The notes: generated by a model from the sequence alone, not told the origin. DNA of 61,112 bases, filler included, from Globobulimina sp. (GCA_003354225.1; 17 parts of 17 records of this genome joined end to end with filler, not necessarily neighbours in it); one strand, 5' to 3'. Shown: positions 46,819-60,113, counted from the whole stretch's first letter. Numbers and translations: made by a program.

Positions 46819-49800
46819 TTTCAAATCTTATTTGGTGATAACGAATACTCGACGAGAATGTGCATAGTTCAGATTGGTTAGTTTGAGTCTCCAAATCAAC
46901 TCCAATTTCTTTAATCAGCCATTCTAAATCTTTCATAAAAAATCTCCTTTTCGCATTTCTCTCAAACGAATTACAAATGCAATCCGTAAAATGGCCAGAA
47001 TCTGACATTGCTCTCCCTTTGATTGTGCCATAAATGTCCATCACATTGGAACCAGCCGCAGCCGCAGCACCATCACCATTCTTCAAATGGGGCTTTCTGT
47101 GCAACCAATTACTGATTGAATCGGAGAAAGCATTCCTCATTTTATTGGTGGACGGAACAGTGATCAGTTCGATATAATTATAGTCTCTCTCTCCTGTCCT
47201 ATCCATATATGATATCGATTGAAAAGAGTTAATTTTATTGTTACTGTCGGAATTTCCAATATTATAATCTGCAGCACCTCGACAACAATGATGGAAAGTT
47301 ATTTTGATCAATCCTTTATTTGAGGAGAATTCCTGTTGAGTTTGCAATTCGTGCTCAATAAATTCAGTGTCTATCATTTTCATGTCTGAGCTGACAAAGC
47401 AATCACTGTCATCGCCGTGACTGATAACATGCACAATTACGGCTTTATATGTTGTGTCTTCCAGTTTCTCTGCGTGCAAATCAATAAATTGTAGCACATC
47501 TTTTTTTGTGCAGTAACACGTATCTTCATTACAAACATAAACATCATAATTATAGGCAATCCTCCACAGACTCGATAACTGTTTGACATTCTTTCTGACG
47601 CCATCCAATAATTGTCTTTTATCATCAAACTGCGAAATCCCAATTATTAAAACCAAGGTTTTATCGACAACGAAAGCATTCATATATTCATTCCTCACTT
47701 TAATATAAACGAAAATAATCAAAATGCACGGAATCAGCAATAAAAATAAAAAATAAAAATTAATGTCTTCCAATATATTGGTATAATTTTTTGGAATGAT
47801 TGTAATAAAAATACCGTCATTTCCAACCACTAAATCTCCGTTATCCACCACTGCATTTATTGTAAAGTTTTGATATTGTTCGTCGTTTGTAACTGGAAGT
47901 TTTATGGAGATAATGTCAGATAAATCAGCCACTACAATGCTCTCCAAATGCAGTTCTTCACTGGAAAACGTCATCGAAATTGGTGCTGGATAATGACGCA
48001 AGACATTGCCAAATTGATCAGTAACAAAAAAATTCAATTCCAAATATGAATCCACTTTGTATTGAGCAGCATATTCAAAGTATATATGATAGGCCGTGGT
48101 GTGGTTAATCAGTGATGGCTTAGTAACTGCGACATATTCCGCTTTGTTATCAGTATTATAACTATTGTTGCTGCCACATTTTATGTGCAGTTGAGATATA
48201 TACTCAGCTGGTTCCTGATGGTAATTTTGCAAAACATCATAGCAAAGAATGCGGCAATTGTTTGGATTATATGCAAAATATATGAATGGTTGGGATAGAA
48301 TTATGTCAATAAAGACAAATAAGCCTTCATTCATCTGTATCATTGTATAATTTTCTTCCAACTCAGTGTTGTTAACAATGAATGTGATATTATCCAACAT
48401 CACAGCAACGCCATTACCCGCTTTGATCAATGGCTTATTGCCATCAATCGCAGTCCAATAATCCATAGGACTGCATTCAGAAAATGAAAAATTAGATCCA
48501 ACAGCATTTGGTATATATTTTTGTTTTCGTAATGAGGCATAGAAACATTTATTTTTATCCTCAAATATGTTTTCCATCTCGTTCCGAAAACATGATTTAA
48601 TAATTCCTGCGTCGACTTCCATGATTGTGGATCCTCGAAAAGTATTACCACTCAAACAGACTGATCCGTGCGTATTTACATAAAACAACGATTGATTGTT
48701 GCTGATGGTATCCGTCATTGTGTTGTAGATAATGCTCATTTCAACATTTCCATCAATATTTATTGTCCCCTTCCACTTTTGCAATGGATAGGGTTTAGAT
48801 TTGGAAAAGTTGTATAAAAATCCATCGTCATTCCTATCAATTGTGTTGTTTATTAAAATGGCTGTCGAGAATGCATCAAATGCTTCGTACACATTGGGAT
48901 ATGATGGTGAAAATATTGCAATTCCGGCATTGCAGTCTGTTTTAAAATAAGAGTTCTCAATCCATGAATATTGAGAAGCAAAAACGAGCGGTGGATGGTA
49001 GAATTGGTCAATATTTCCTTCATTAAACAATAGTAAAGCTTGAAGTGCTGATATTGTGGAAACATGCTCCAATCCAACGTTTGTAATATGGCAGCCGTGC
49101 AGATAAACACTTGTTGTGTAGGATGTGGTCCATATTGCCACCGAGCTATATTCCATCCGAGTATTAATAATATAATTATAACCGGCTAAAAGTCTTAAGT
49201 CATAACTAACGATGCCGTACAAATTGCTGTCCGATATAACCAGTGTGCCCTCACCAGAGTTAATTGCAAATACATTAATATGCAGTCCATGCGGATCATA
49301 TATGCATTGATCATGGCAGTATTCACCATAATAACTCGACACATTCGTCACTTCCACATAATCATAGCCACTGTTACCTTTTTGCAAAATCATTATACTG
49401 TTCGCTCCAATCCCATGCAATTCAAAACTGTCCAAATATAAGTGACAGCCATCAACGGTAATGAAGCCGTGTCCGTCCACTGCGTCAGGAATGATGGCAT
49501 TTGGCCAGGTACTGTCATAAAACAATGTGGATGCAGTGACAGCCGTGTCTTCATCGATAGGACAGAGGGATATGTTGTTTTGAAATAATTTCCGCTTGAT
49601 TTCTTCCAACGAATCTGATGTGATATCATTATGAATGCTGATTGAATGCAAATGTATGTTGCTAAAATCATTAGAAACAGCGTTCAAAAAAAGTATTGGA
49701 AGTTTTGGAACATCGCACGAATACCGTATCCCAGCGGAAAAATTAAAAGGTAACTCAGACACTGAAAGTTTGTAATCATCAAAACATTTTGCTGTCACAT

Positions 49801-50317
49801 AGTGGAAAAGGCGGCAATGACTAATTAATTTATCTGCAATCAAATAATTGATAATCACATTTGATAGGTTGACATTGCAATTTTTGATGTTGACTAAAAA
49901 TAATAACTTATCCATCTCTTCCGACTCGGAATAGCTATTTGATAATTTGAACAGATGCGATGTTGATATATTCACATTTTCAATGTTTAGTAATCCAGAA
50001 TTTACGTTATTGAGATCGAGTACATTGCCGTTCACGTTATAAAACAAAATATTTCTGATCGAAATGTTATTTGAGCTCAGTATTCCAGCAATGTGAATTA
50101 TAGACGTTCCCTGAGTTTGTGTTTGAATGTTATGGAATTGCATACCCTCAATAACCGAATATACGTCAATGTGCTGCAGAGTTTGACCAATATCAATGAA
50201 GGTAAAGGCACCCAATAATGTCATATTTTTAATCACATTTCGTTTCATAATTAAACTGCATTGCTGCAAACCAACCAGTGTCGATTGGAAAATATAAACC
50301 GCAAAAATGGCTGTACT
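46819..50317 (-). CDS. Single-pass receptor-like protein with intracellular caspase-fold (peptidase C14) domain (partial at both ends)
   Basis: Frame open across the whole contig: Asn/Ile-rich beta-helix-like ectodomain, VTDQFGN Ig-like module, TM helix at ~47700-47765, then VLIIGISQF..IVHVISHG..TFHHCCRG. Confidence 0.85.
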
Positions 50318-50431
50318 NNNNNNNNNNNNNNNNNNNNNNNNNNNNNNNNNNNNNNNNNNNNTTAATTAATTAANNNNNNNNNNNNNNNNNNNNNNNNNNN
50401 NNNNNNNNNNNNNNNNNCAATGGGTATAGAA

Positions 50432-53338
50432 TTAATTCAAATTAACAACACCTTCCACCTCCATCATTTCTTGCTCAATGCCATTAGGCTCTAACATTGA
50501 TTGTCTTGCATTTGCAATACGTGTCGTTGTCGTTGAAATACGTGTCGGTGCCATTTCAACCATTTCAATTTGTTCTAATGCTGCGTTTGATGCTATACAT
50601 AAACTGATTATATTTGTAATTTTTGGTTCATCAGATAATTGCCAACAATCTTTAAATATTTTTGATAATTTTCCCTGTCGATTAGCATCTAATAATATCT
50701 GTTTATAGATCTTGTTGTTATAAACATGAATAGTTAATTCAAATCCGTTTGTTATATACTTTGGTTTAACAATTTCAATAACACCGCCTTCCACACCCAT
50801 TAAAAATGCAATACGCTTTTGCAATTCGCATCGAATGGTTCGACATTTGCTTGCTTTCTTGGCAATACAATCACCGGTTATATTCATTGAAATAATTTCA
50901 TGTCCTTGTTATTTTTCTCATATTTTCAATTGATAATAAATAACAACTAACATTATTTCTGAACCAATTCAAAATATGAGAAAAATATTCTAACCTTCAT
51001 TCTTATTTATTTTTTGTTGTAATGTCATACTTAATAATGATACAATTATCGATATGAAAGAAAATATCATTGAGGATATAGCAATGGCATCAAACCCGGA
51101 TTCATTTGCAACATAAGCACCTTGCAGGCACAATTGAGGTAAATTCTAATTATAGAAATATATACAAAAATGTTAATAACTGTATACATCTGAAAAGTGC
51201 ATGAAAAGTGTCAGCTGTCAGACATATTAAACAGTGTCACATCATGCAATCCGATGAAGTACCATACCTCTAAAATAACCACGCTGTACATTCGTTTGGT
51301 AAAAAACTCATTCAATTCTCTAGATGTTAACCCCATATTAAATATCTCCAATCTAAATATAGAACTATTAAACAAGGCGACAGCAGAAAAGGAGCTACCT
51401 GTAAATACAGAAACGATTAATAACACTGTCGAAAATTTTGACAACCACGATCGAATATGATCCGTTTGAATCCAATGATTCTTTGCACAAAAATACAATT
51501 GAAATAACGAAATGAATGCAGGCACCACAATAAATACTATGGATAGATATAATATCACTTTATAAAAAGTATTATGCGGTGCAATTTTATTTTGTACACT
51601 CAGTAGTGTCACAAAAAAACAATCGGATAACATGTCACTTGTTTGTATTGCCATCGCGAGAATTGCTCCCACTTTGAAATAATCATTGATACGCACTTTT
51701 TTTGCATCGACCCATGCTGCCATTGACAACAGAGACAGAAACGCAATAACTCCAACAGCAGTGTATTGGTAATATGTGGTTAGAGTAAGCAATGTTTTTC
51801 TATATTTATCAGGTGGCAGTGATGAATCTGTAACGGGATGGTCCGTTGGCTCGAGAGTCGGTTCCAGAGTCGGTTCATTTGATCCAATGCAAACATCAAC
51901 CATTTCATAACAATAACACTCTGTTGTTAATGTTGGGAAATAATTACCAGTTTGGAAATAACCCATAGCGGTATCTATAATGTCATAACTATTCGAATAT
52001 TCACATTCATGATTGACATTGCAATATTTTGCACGCACTTCGACACATGTTTCATTGATATAATTTAAATCTAAGTAATTATTTGTCCATAATATGTCAA
52101 TCCACCACTGATTATCAATTAACATGTACTCATTTAAAATATACCAATCCAAATAATGAAAATCAAAACGACAACGACAGTCTGCGAGGTCATCGTTATA
52201 AGTAATCTCCATTACATAGCCAGTAATATCCGTCGGGATGGAACAAAATAACCCTGGAATATTCCCAGTACACTCATATTTAGCATTCTGTGTCCAGTTA
52301 AATGCAGGATATGTAATATTACATTCACACGGAGTGCTATTACCAATAAAATCAGGATGTTTGACCACGAATGTTGTTGTGTTGAGCGTTTGAGGGATGT
52401 TTAAATCTGTTTTAAATTGAGTTATTCCGCAGAAAGCTTCAACGTCAGGAATATAAGTTGATTCTGTGAGTGCTGGAACTGTGGCAGTTGATCCATCTGG
52501 ACATGTCCATGCATGAGTACTACCGCTACTGTTACTGTTATTACTTGACAAAACATCAGAAAATGAGTCTGGATAACAACATGAAATAATTTGCTGCTGG
52601 TTACCACCGGTTTCTGCATAAACAGGCGGATGCAATGTATATGAGGTATTATCTGCTGGATCACAACATGATAAATCTTTTAGTGATACTGTAGCCATTC
52701 CATTGGTCTGTATTAAAATATTAAAAAACGCTCATTTCTATATTTAGGATATAATCCCGATATATATTATTATGTACCGTAGGACTTTTCGTAGGTGTAT
52801 TTGGAGAAAAAGTAGGTGATGCTGTAGGTGAAAATGAAGGCGCATTTGATGGCGATTTGGATGGTGTTGTTGGTGCGGTGGTAGGTGCATTTGAAGGAGG
52901 GTGAGATGGTGTCGTAGGTGTATGTTAAGGTGCATTTGATGTATTTGTAGGGACAGTTGTAGGTGCAGCAGAGGGCGCAGTTGTAGGTGCTTGGAAACAT
53001 ATAAACTCCATTGTGTAATATGTTTGTGGCTCATTAGAAAAATGCCAATCATTGCTAATATCTGGTGGGAAAATAGCTCCACTGATAAGTCGCAATACTA
53101 ATAGATTAACATTAGCAGTTATTCGCCATCCCACAGGATCACGCGATATTATATAAGAACCATTTGATGTATCTAGCCTCCAGTGTGTCATGAGATTAAC
53201 GTAAACACCTTCATATCTCTTCATTGCAGTGGCATTATTTGTGTTTATAATTCTTATAAAGTCACACGGTGCTTCGTTGGATGATACAACTAGCACATTG
53301 AGCAAAAACATGTACAACAATACAATTTGGTGTGACAT
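50432..53338 (-). CDS. Multi-exon surface protein: signal peptide, P/T stalks, Cys-rich region, multi-TM domain; in-frame TAA at 52925-52927
   Basis: Exons at approximately 53338-52778, 52709-51267, 51147-50995 and 50905-50432; EPTLEPT repeats and several TM helices. Confidence 0.7.
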
Positions 53339-53456
53339 TGTTTAAATACTGACTTGAAACTAAAGAAGATTTTTTCTTGTTTAAAGATTAGAACTTGTAC
53401 ATGCAAACACTTTATGTATATATATATATACATCCAAATAATTTATTAACCAGTAA

Positions 53457-53872
53457 GCATCTCTAAAATATGAGGGACAAGTTGCACCATTTGTAGCTTT
53501 CTGGCAACTTTGATCCCAAAATACTCTGTCCCTGACCATCCACAATAATACAAATCAAATAGAATTTAATTGTAAATTATTAAAATTGTGTGCTGGACAC
53601 CAACTGCCGAAAGGCCAAAAGCCATATGGCAATCCCCATGAATCTGGATTTGGTTTTTTATCATATGCATAAATATCAGATGGGAATCATGGGATCTTTT
53701 CATCATTCATCTCCCAAAACCAAATCTTGACTCCGACGCTATCCGCCACAGAGGTTGCATATATACCACCTTTATTATCATTAAAATTGGAACCAAACGA
53801 ATTATTATTATCTGGCGTTACAGCACAATTATTATCAGATGAACCAAGCGTGCAATTATAACTTTACCATTC
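53457..53872 (-). pseudogene. GH16 (Lam16A-like beta-glucanase) C-terminal exon, disabled
   Basis: Hand translation SFGSNFNDNKGGIYA..VKIWFW..IP*FPSDI..PNPDSWGLPYGFWPFGSWC, then FDLYYCGWSG in another frame. Contains stops and a frameshift. Confidence 0.75.
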
Positions 53873-55071
53873 TTAATAGAAAATGGTTTAATGGAATTCG
53901 TAAAAAAAAAACTTTTNNNNNNNNNNNNNNNNNNNNNNNNNNNNNNNNNNNNNNNNNNNNTTAATTAATTAANNNNNNNNNNNNNNNNNNNNNNNNNNNN
54001 NNNNNNNNNNNNNNNNTTCACTTTAAAAGGAGCTTATGCAGCGGAGAAAAGGACCTTTAAACTTGTAGCATTTTTCACATTTTCGTTTTTTTTCAAAAAT
54101 CCACATTTTTGGCAAGCTCTCATACGGCCCCCTTTCGAAAGCCGAACGATGTGAAAGTTTTCCCGAAAGTGTGGCCTATGGGCTATAAACCCCAGCAGTG
54201 ATCATTTCAGGAGAAGTTTTTATGCTAGAGAACGAACCCCTTAAACTTGTCACTCTTTTCACATTCTTCGACACCAAATTGAGCGAAAATTGAGGAGCTC
54301 CCCACCAGTCAGTGGGGACGAGTCAGACGAAACCGCTATGGGGTTTATGTTTGTACCTGGGGTACTCGGTGATGGGGGTGTCAACCCTGGGGGCTGACCC
54401 CCAGGTTTACATGCCTGCCTGATCTCGAATGGCAATGACAATTAAATTCTTTTCAATAAGCTTGCGCGTCAAAGGCGCCAAATTTAAATGAGTGAATCTT
54501 GTAAAGGCCTTTTAAGATCAAGTTTTAACAAAATAAATAAATAAAATGTGAAATTTTATGCATTTAAAAATCATGTAATGTATATATTAAAATTCTTACG
54601 TTATTTTAAAGTTTTTCCACCTAATTATCGAAATATGCAAATTTTAAGTTCAAATTGTGTCAGAAACGTTACAGCAAGAATAGATACGTTGCCTAAATAA
54701 CTTATGCATTCTTGTTTACAGGAGTTACCTAATTCTAGATTCTTTCGTTTTCGTTATCTCATTTCATGAAATTGAATTTTAGGTAAACCGAAATAGTTTA
54801 GTTCATCTGCTTTTTAACCCATTGCCATGACAATATTATTATGTTTCCCTGGTTACAATAATTGATAATTGGGTCCTTACGTGGCGAAAGGCGCTTCTTA
54901 TTTCGGTTCTTGACTGTTGATTTTACCAACTACTTTGAAGTTCAAATTTTTAAAAGCTTCATTCAAAGTGTAAGTGACTAATTTTCACGACTCGCCATAA
55001 ATACTGTAGGAACATTGACCTTGTTGACACAAAACTAGACAAATGTAATGTATGATGTATGACTCGAAATA

Positions 55072-55417
55072 CCGTATATCCTCGAATAGAACCCCTCCAT
55101 TGAATAGAGCCCCATCCCCCACCCCAGAGTCATTTGAAAAAAAAGAGCCCCTCCCTTGATTATAGAGATTATATTATAGAGTCCAATATTACATGAAATA
55201 TATTATGCATTTTTTGCTGAAAATAACTTATTTAGGTAGAGTTAATACCAAAGTATTATAGCTTTACCAACAAAACCAAGAGAATTTACCACCAATATTT
55301 TTGACTGCTGCCTGCAACAAATTAAAGAAATAGAGCCCCTCCTCCTTTGAATAGACCCACCCCCTAAAAGAGATTTGACAAAATAGAGCCTCAGGGCTCT
55401 ATTCGAGGATAATATGG
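55072..55417. mobile_element. MITE of Tc1/mariner-pogo type
   Basis: TA|CCGTATATCCTCGAATAGAACCC ... GGGCTCTATTCGAGGATAATATGG|TA: ~23-bp TIRs, TA target duplication and several internal AATAGAGCCC motifs. Confidence 0.85.
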
Positions 55418-55602
55418 TAAGCCTACCTAGTAGGGACTTCTAACATAAAAAATGCTACCCAATGCCATAAAAAATTGTTTAATGGTGGTGGTGGTCAGTC
55501 TGTTCACTACTTCAGAAACATTGTCTAACGGTCCTCTAATGTCCATAGCAAAATGAATATAATTTATGCAAAATAGAAACAATTTCATTTTCAGCACAAC
55601 AT

Positions 55603-56577
55603 ATGGCTTTTACTCAAAACGTCATTTATGTGATCGGAGGTTTTACCATTTTTCTTCTCAATGCCATCATTGTTGTGGCCATTCTCAAAACACGATCTTT
55701 CCGCAAGAAAAAAGAATATCTGATCTTGGTCGGCATGTCCGTGGCTGACCTAGTTTTTGGTCTCTCTTTCTTTTGGCTTGGGTCATACCGTTTGTATTTG
55801 GAGGCCTACGATCTACAACATGATATGATTAGTGTTTGGGAATGTATGAAAAAGCCTATGTTTCTTGTTCTTCTGTTCGGCAATCAAATTTCTGGAGTGA
55901 TGTTCACTTGCATTTCTGCCGATCGCATGTTGGCTATCGCTTCTCCATTCTGGTACTTCAAGCAGAATGTCAAATACGCCTATCGCATGGTGGGTGCATT
56001 CTATTTGTTCGTGTTGGTCAACTGTTCCGTTTTGATGTTTTTTTCGTACACAAAACGGGACGAGTTGATTCCACAGATTTGTCAAGGTGCCAAGGTATTG
56101 GGAATGGGTCTACCGGCACAGTTCAATAGTCTGGTTCCATTTCTGGGAGGGCTAATTAGCGTCGTTTTGTACATTGCCATTCCTTTTGTTTACCGCAAAA
56201 AGACCATCACCAACAAAGAAATCGGGCTAGACAAACATAATCTGCAGAAAAACATCGAAATGCAAAAGAAATTGATGAAAACTCTCGGAATCGCCGCTGT
56301 CTTTACATTCGTGTTTTTCACTTTACCTACTTTCATTAGAATCTTTGCTATTGGCTGGATGTCTGATGAAGCGTACAAAATTTTCGGTCCATATGCTGCA
56401 TGTATCACATTTGTGAATGCTATGGCCAACTTCTTTCTGTACACTCTCCGACATAAGGAAATGAAAAATGCTGTGTTTAGTTTGGTCCCAGGATACAAAG
56501 TGAAGAAAAACCGCGTAATACCGATTGGTGTGGTTGCTAGGAAGAACAAGAATGTAAGAGTAGTAAAAAAATACTAA
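55603..56577 (+). CDS. Class-A GPCR resembling nematode Srsx chemoreceptors
   Basis: Seven TM helices, SVADL, ISADRMLAIASPFWY, NAMANFFLYTLRHKEMK; intronless. Confidence 0.85.
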   Translation: MAFTQNVIYVIGGFTIFLLNAIIVVAILKTRSFRKKKEYLILVGMSVADLVFGLSFFWLGSYRLYLEAYDLQHDMISVWECMKKPMFLVLLFGNQISGVMFTCISADRMLAIASPFWYFKQNVKYAYRMVGAFYLFVLVNCSVLMFFSYTKRDELIPQICQGAKVLGMGLPAQFNSLVPFLGGLISVVLYIAIPFVYRKKTITNKEIGLDKHNLQKNIEMQKKLMKTLGIAAVFTFVFFTLPTFIRIFAIGWMSDEAYKIFGPYAACITFVNAMANFFLYTLRHKEMKNAVFSLVPGYKVKKNRVIPIGVVARKNKNVRVVKKY

Positions 56578-56718
56578 ATTCTTTTTCCTCGGTCGATTAT
56601 ACCTTTGGGGCTCCGATCTATTTAGATGAAAACGTTCCGTTCTGTTTCCGCCAGGCAGAAAATAGATTGATTTCGCGCCGCCCCTTTTCTACTTGGCAAA
56701 CATTGTTCTGATACACAG

Positions 56719-56791
56719 CGACCGTCAATTAGTTTCTCGGACCGTAAATTAGTTTCTTGGACCGTCAATTATTTAATCTGACCGTAAATTG
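56719..56791. repeat. ~20-bp tandem repeat, 4 copies
   Basis: GACCGT(C/A)AATTAGTTTCT-like unit. Confidence 0.85.
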
Positions 56792-57013
56792 TGAGATGTA
56801 AATGTATGTTGTCCTGTTCCTTTATCAAGCATGCTTCTTTCTTTCTATTCGCCTGCATGCATGCATTGAGCTGATTAAGTTTAGCGAGATGTTATCACTT
56901 GAAATATATTTGTAACTGATAAGTAAGGTATTCTGAATAATTTGGTTTAAATCAATGAAACATTTCTGTATACATAAATTGTAATAAACGTAGAAATGTA
57001 AATTGTTAAGGTG

Positions 57014-57514
57014 CATTCATTGATTGATACGTTCAAATCGTTACATTTATTGACACATTAAAATTGTTACATTGACACATTTAAATTGCTACATTCATTG
57101 ACACAGTCAAATTGTACATTCTTTGACACATTCAAATTGTACATTCATTGACACATTCAAATTGTACATTCATTGACACATTCAAATTGTTACATTCATT
57201 GACACATTCAAATTGTACATTCATGGACACATTCAAATTGTTGCATTCATCGACACATTCAAATTGTTGCATTCATCGACACATTCAAATTGTTGCATTC
57301 ATACATTCATCGACACATTCAAATTGTTGCATTCATCGACACATTCAAGTTATTGCATTCATCGACACATTCAAATTGTTGCATTCATCGACACATTCAA
57401 ATTATTGCATTCATCGACACATTCAAATTGTTGCATTCATCGACACATTCAAATTGTTGCATTCATCGACACATTCAAATTGTTGCATTCATCGACACAT
57501 TCAAATTGTTGCAT
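57014..57514. repeat. 25-26-bp minisatellite array, cut by the contig end
   Basis: Unit ATTCATCGACACATTCAAATTGTTGC, homogeneous at the right and degenerate at the left edge. Confidence 0.95.
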
Positions 57515-57614
57515 NNNNNNNNNNNNNNNNNNNNNNNNNNNNNNNNNNNNNNNNNNNNTTAATTAATTAANNNNNNNNNNNNNNNNNNNNNNNNNNNNNN
57601 NNNNNNNNNNNNNN

Positions 57615-59693
57615 CCCAAAGACAGGGTCGGCTCAAGTGAGGCCGCATCCTCTTTAAAATATGAGTTATTATTCACCATTGGATTATATTCGTTGTAATT
57701 GCTGCCAACAAAGTTCATCTCTGCGGTGCCGGTGGTCCCTGCACTGATATTGGAGGGATAGGCCGCTAATTGCATCTTGATCTGGTCCTTATTCTTCTTC
57801 CTATTCGCATAGATGTCATATTGTCCATTGGTATAATGTTGGCCTATGCGGTCATTCTGTAAAGGGAACAGATCGTCCGCGGCCTCCTCCTCTTCGTTGT
57901 AAGAGACCTGTGTCTTTGCGGCCTGCCGCTGTTTATTGATATTGTTATAGTGTTGTTGTTGTTGGTTCGCTATCTGTTGTTCCACTTGGATTTGCTGCTT
58001 AATTCTGCGGGTGTTTGACGAGTACGACCGCCTCTTCTTGCTCTGATTACTGACACTGTGATGTTGTGACGTCGACGAATTGGCAGAGGTCTTCCGCGAC
58101 CCACGGTGTTTCTTATCGCGTTGGGGGACATGCCGTTGCTCGAAAGGGTGCTTATCGGGCGACGATTTACGCGATGAATGCGACGCATTACGCGACGAAG
58201 GGTGCGAATGCTTTTTATATACATCCCGGTGTTGCTTTATGGGCTTCCCGCTGGAGGACGAGGAGGGATTTTGTTGCTGCGGTGGTTGTGTGTAATGTTG
58301 GGGCTGATGTTGTTGTTGTTGTTGCTGTTGGCGTGGCTGTGGCTGTGGCTTGACCACGTTCAAATTTCTGTTGTTGGATCGGTGCGAGCCATGCGAGTGC
58401 CGTTTGGGTGACTTATGATAGATAATATTATGCATATTTTCTGGTGTACTCACACTGTTTGGCACCGGCATTGGTGACAACTGCTCAGATGATTCGGCTA
58501 TGGATGGCGTGCGTTCTTTCACTGTGATTACATTGAGGTTACTATGGCTGCTATGGGGCACATTTAGATTTTCTGCGCTCTTTTGACGATTTTGCTCATA
58601 TTTCTTAGTGTCATCGGTGGGATTATTCTGTGCCGTGTTTAAGGATCTTATTTGGTGCTCATGCCAGCAGATGCAACAGATGATGGTGGTCACCACGATC
58701 ACACAGAGACAGCCCACCACCGTACCAATCAGCACAAAGGCCAATATTGTGAACTGTTGTTGGTTGAAATCGTCGTCGCCCTCAGTGGTACGGGGACATT
58801 CTGCTGTTTCTGTGTCTAATAACAGCCATAATGGCGCACATTCTTTCCACCATAATTGGCTCGTTTCGTCTCTGTCTGATAAGCTCGAATTTGTGCAATC
58901 TCGGTGACAGAGCCAGTTCACATCAGCTATGCCTCCGATATTGCTGATGATGGAGGTGTCTGCGCAGTTATTGCACCGTATATTGCATTGATTGGGACAA
59001 TATATCGTATTGGTGTCGCAATCGCCGTATATACAGGATATGTTTAAGTCGCCTGTGATGTTTGCAGCGTGTATGGTGTTGTCTGAACAATCTCCATTGC
59101 AGTTTATGATCATATTGTTGGTGGCGGATGAGGAGTAGATCTGGTTTTGCTCAAAATAGGTATCCGCGGAGGTGGTGATGAATAATGAACCTATATCAGC
59201 GGGTGCAGTGATCTGCATATTTTGTGTGTTGCCGTCGATGTTCAATGTTACGCTTTCACAATCTCTGGAAATGATAGTTGCGTCGGAACATGCGTGAGCC
59301 TGTGGAGTGTGGACAGGTCAGGGACATGGTTTGTGGTGGAACTTGTTATAAAGCAATAGATTTACCAAACTGTGGCGCAATTAATGACGCACAAAGCGCC
59401 ATTAGGCGGGCAATATATAGTGGTACTGCATGCGTTTGAGACACTACATTGGACGTTGCAATTAGAGGCAGCTGAACACATTATGTCTGGCCTAAGTTTG
59501 CAGATGAACACATTATGTACAATAATAAGAATAGAGCAAATAATAATTAATTTACAAACCGACTGTCAGAATTTAATGTTGTTGTTCGATCAATGGTGCA
59601 TGTGCCTGAACTGACAGAGGTGCAGTTATATTCTGCTCGCACTATGTATGTGTATAACAAACAGCTAACTGAAAGATACGCTTTCAGCGACAT
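57615..59693 (-). CDS. Cys-rich type-I membrane protein with long Q/H/S-rich cytoplasmic tail (3' partial)
   Basis: Signal-peptide exon from MSLKAYLSV at 59693, two short introns, the same C..C..I.C unit style as 27045-28718, and a TM helix. Confidence 0.8.
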
Positions 59694-59737
59694 TATCCAA
59701 CAGCAAAAGTTTTAATTTAAGTTGAAGTAAAGTTGTT

Positions 59738-59809
59738 GAGCATGAGAGGCAATCTGATTAGAACACTGCTTTTATGCAAGGAATCCAGGTTCAAATCCTG
59801 GCGTGGGAT
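59738..59809 (+). pseudogene. Degenerate tRNA-like sequence
   Basis: Perfect T-arm CCAGG-TTCAAAT-CCTGG at 59785-59801; the acceptor, D and anticodon arms pair poorly. Confidence 0.3.
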
Positions 59810-60113
59810 ATTGGCGGTATGGCGCCTTATAATCGCTCTTAAAGTGAGATATCAAGATCGTATATTCACTGTATAATATTGGAGATATTGTACAGATATT
59901 GTACAGATATTTTATGTTCATGGCAGATTATCGTCCATCTATAATACGTTGAATAAATGCTCAGTGTACATTGTTTTTATCGCATTTATATTATGGATTA
60001 TTGAATAAATGGATATATTCCCGGGTTCTTTATTTTTATTTATTTAATTATTCCTTATTCCCCCTTTTTTGAGTGAATTCTTTTTCTTAGTGTTTACTAA
60101 TTAATTTACAAAA

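Noticed and set aside
20310-52927. Genome-wide TAA/TAG reassignment to Gln
   Set aside because: Long genes use CAA/CAG with no internal TAR, genes end at TAA and TAG, and one lone stop sits where Ser is expected.
54383-54410. GC hairpin CCTGGGGG-CTGA-CCCCCAGG as a Helitron 3' end or terminator
   Set aside because: No CTRR terminus at the expected distance, no U-tract, and a eukaryotic context.
57014-57514. CRISPR array or coding repeat
   Set aside because: Units are head-to-tail with no unique spacers, there are no cas genes, and the ORFs simply cycle through frames.
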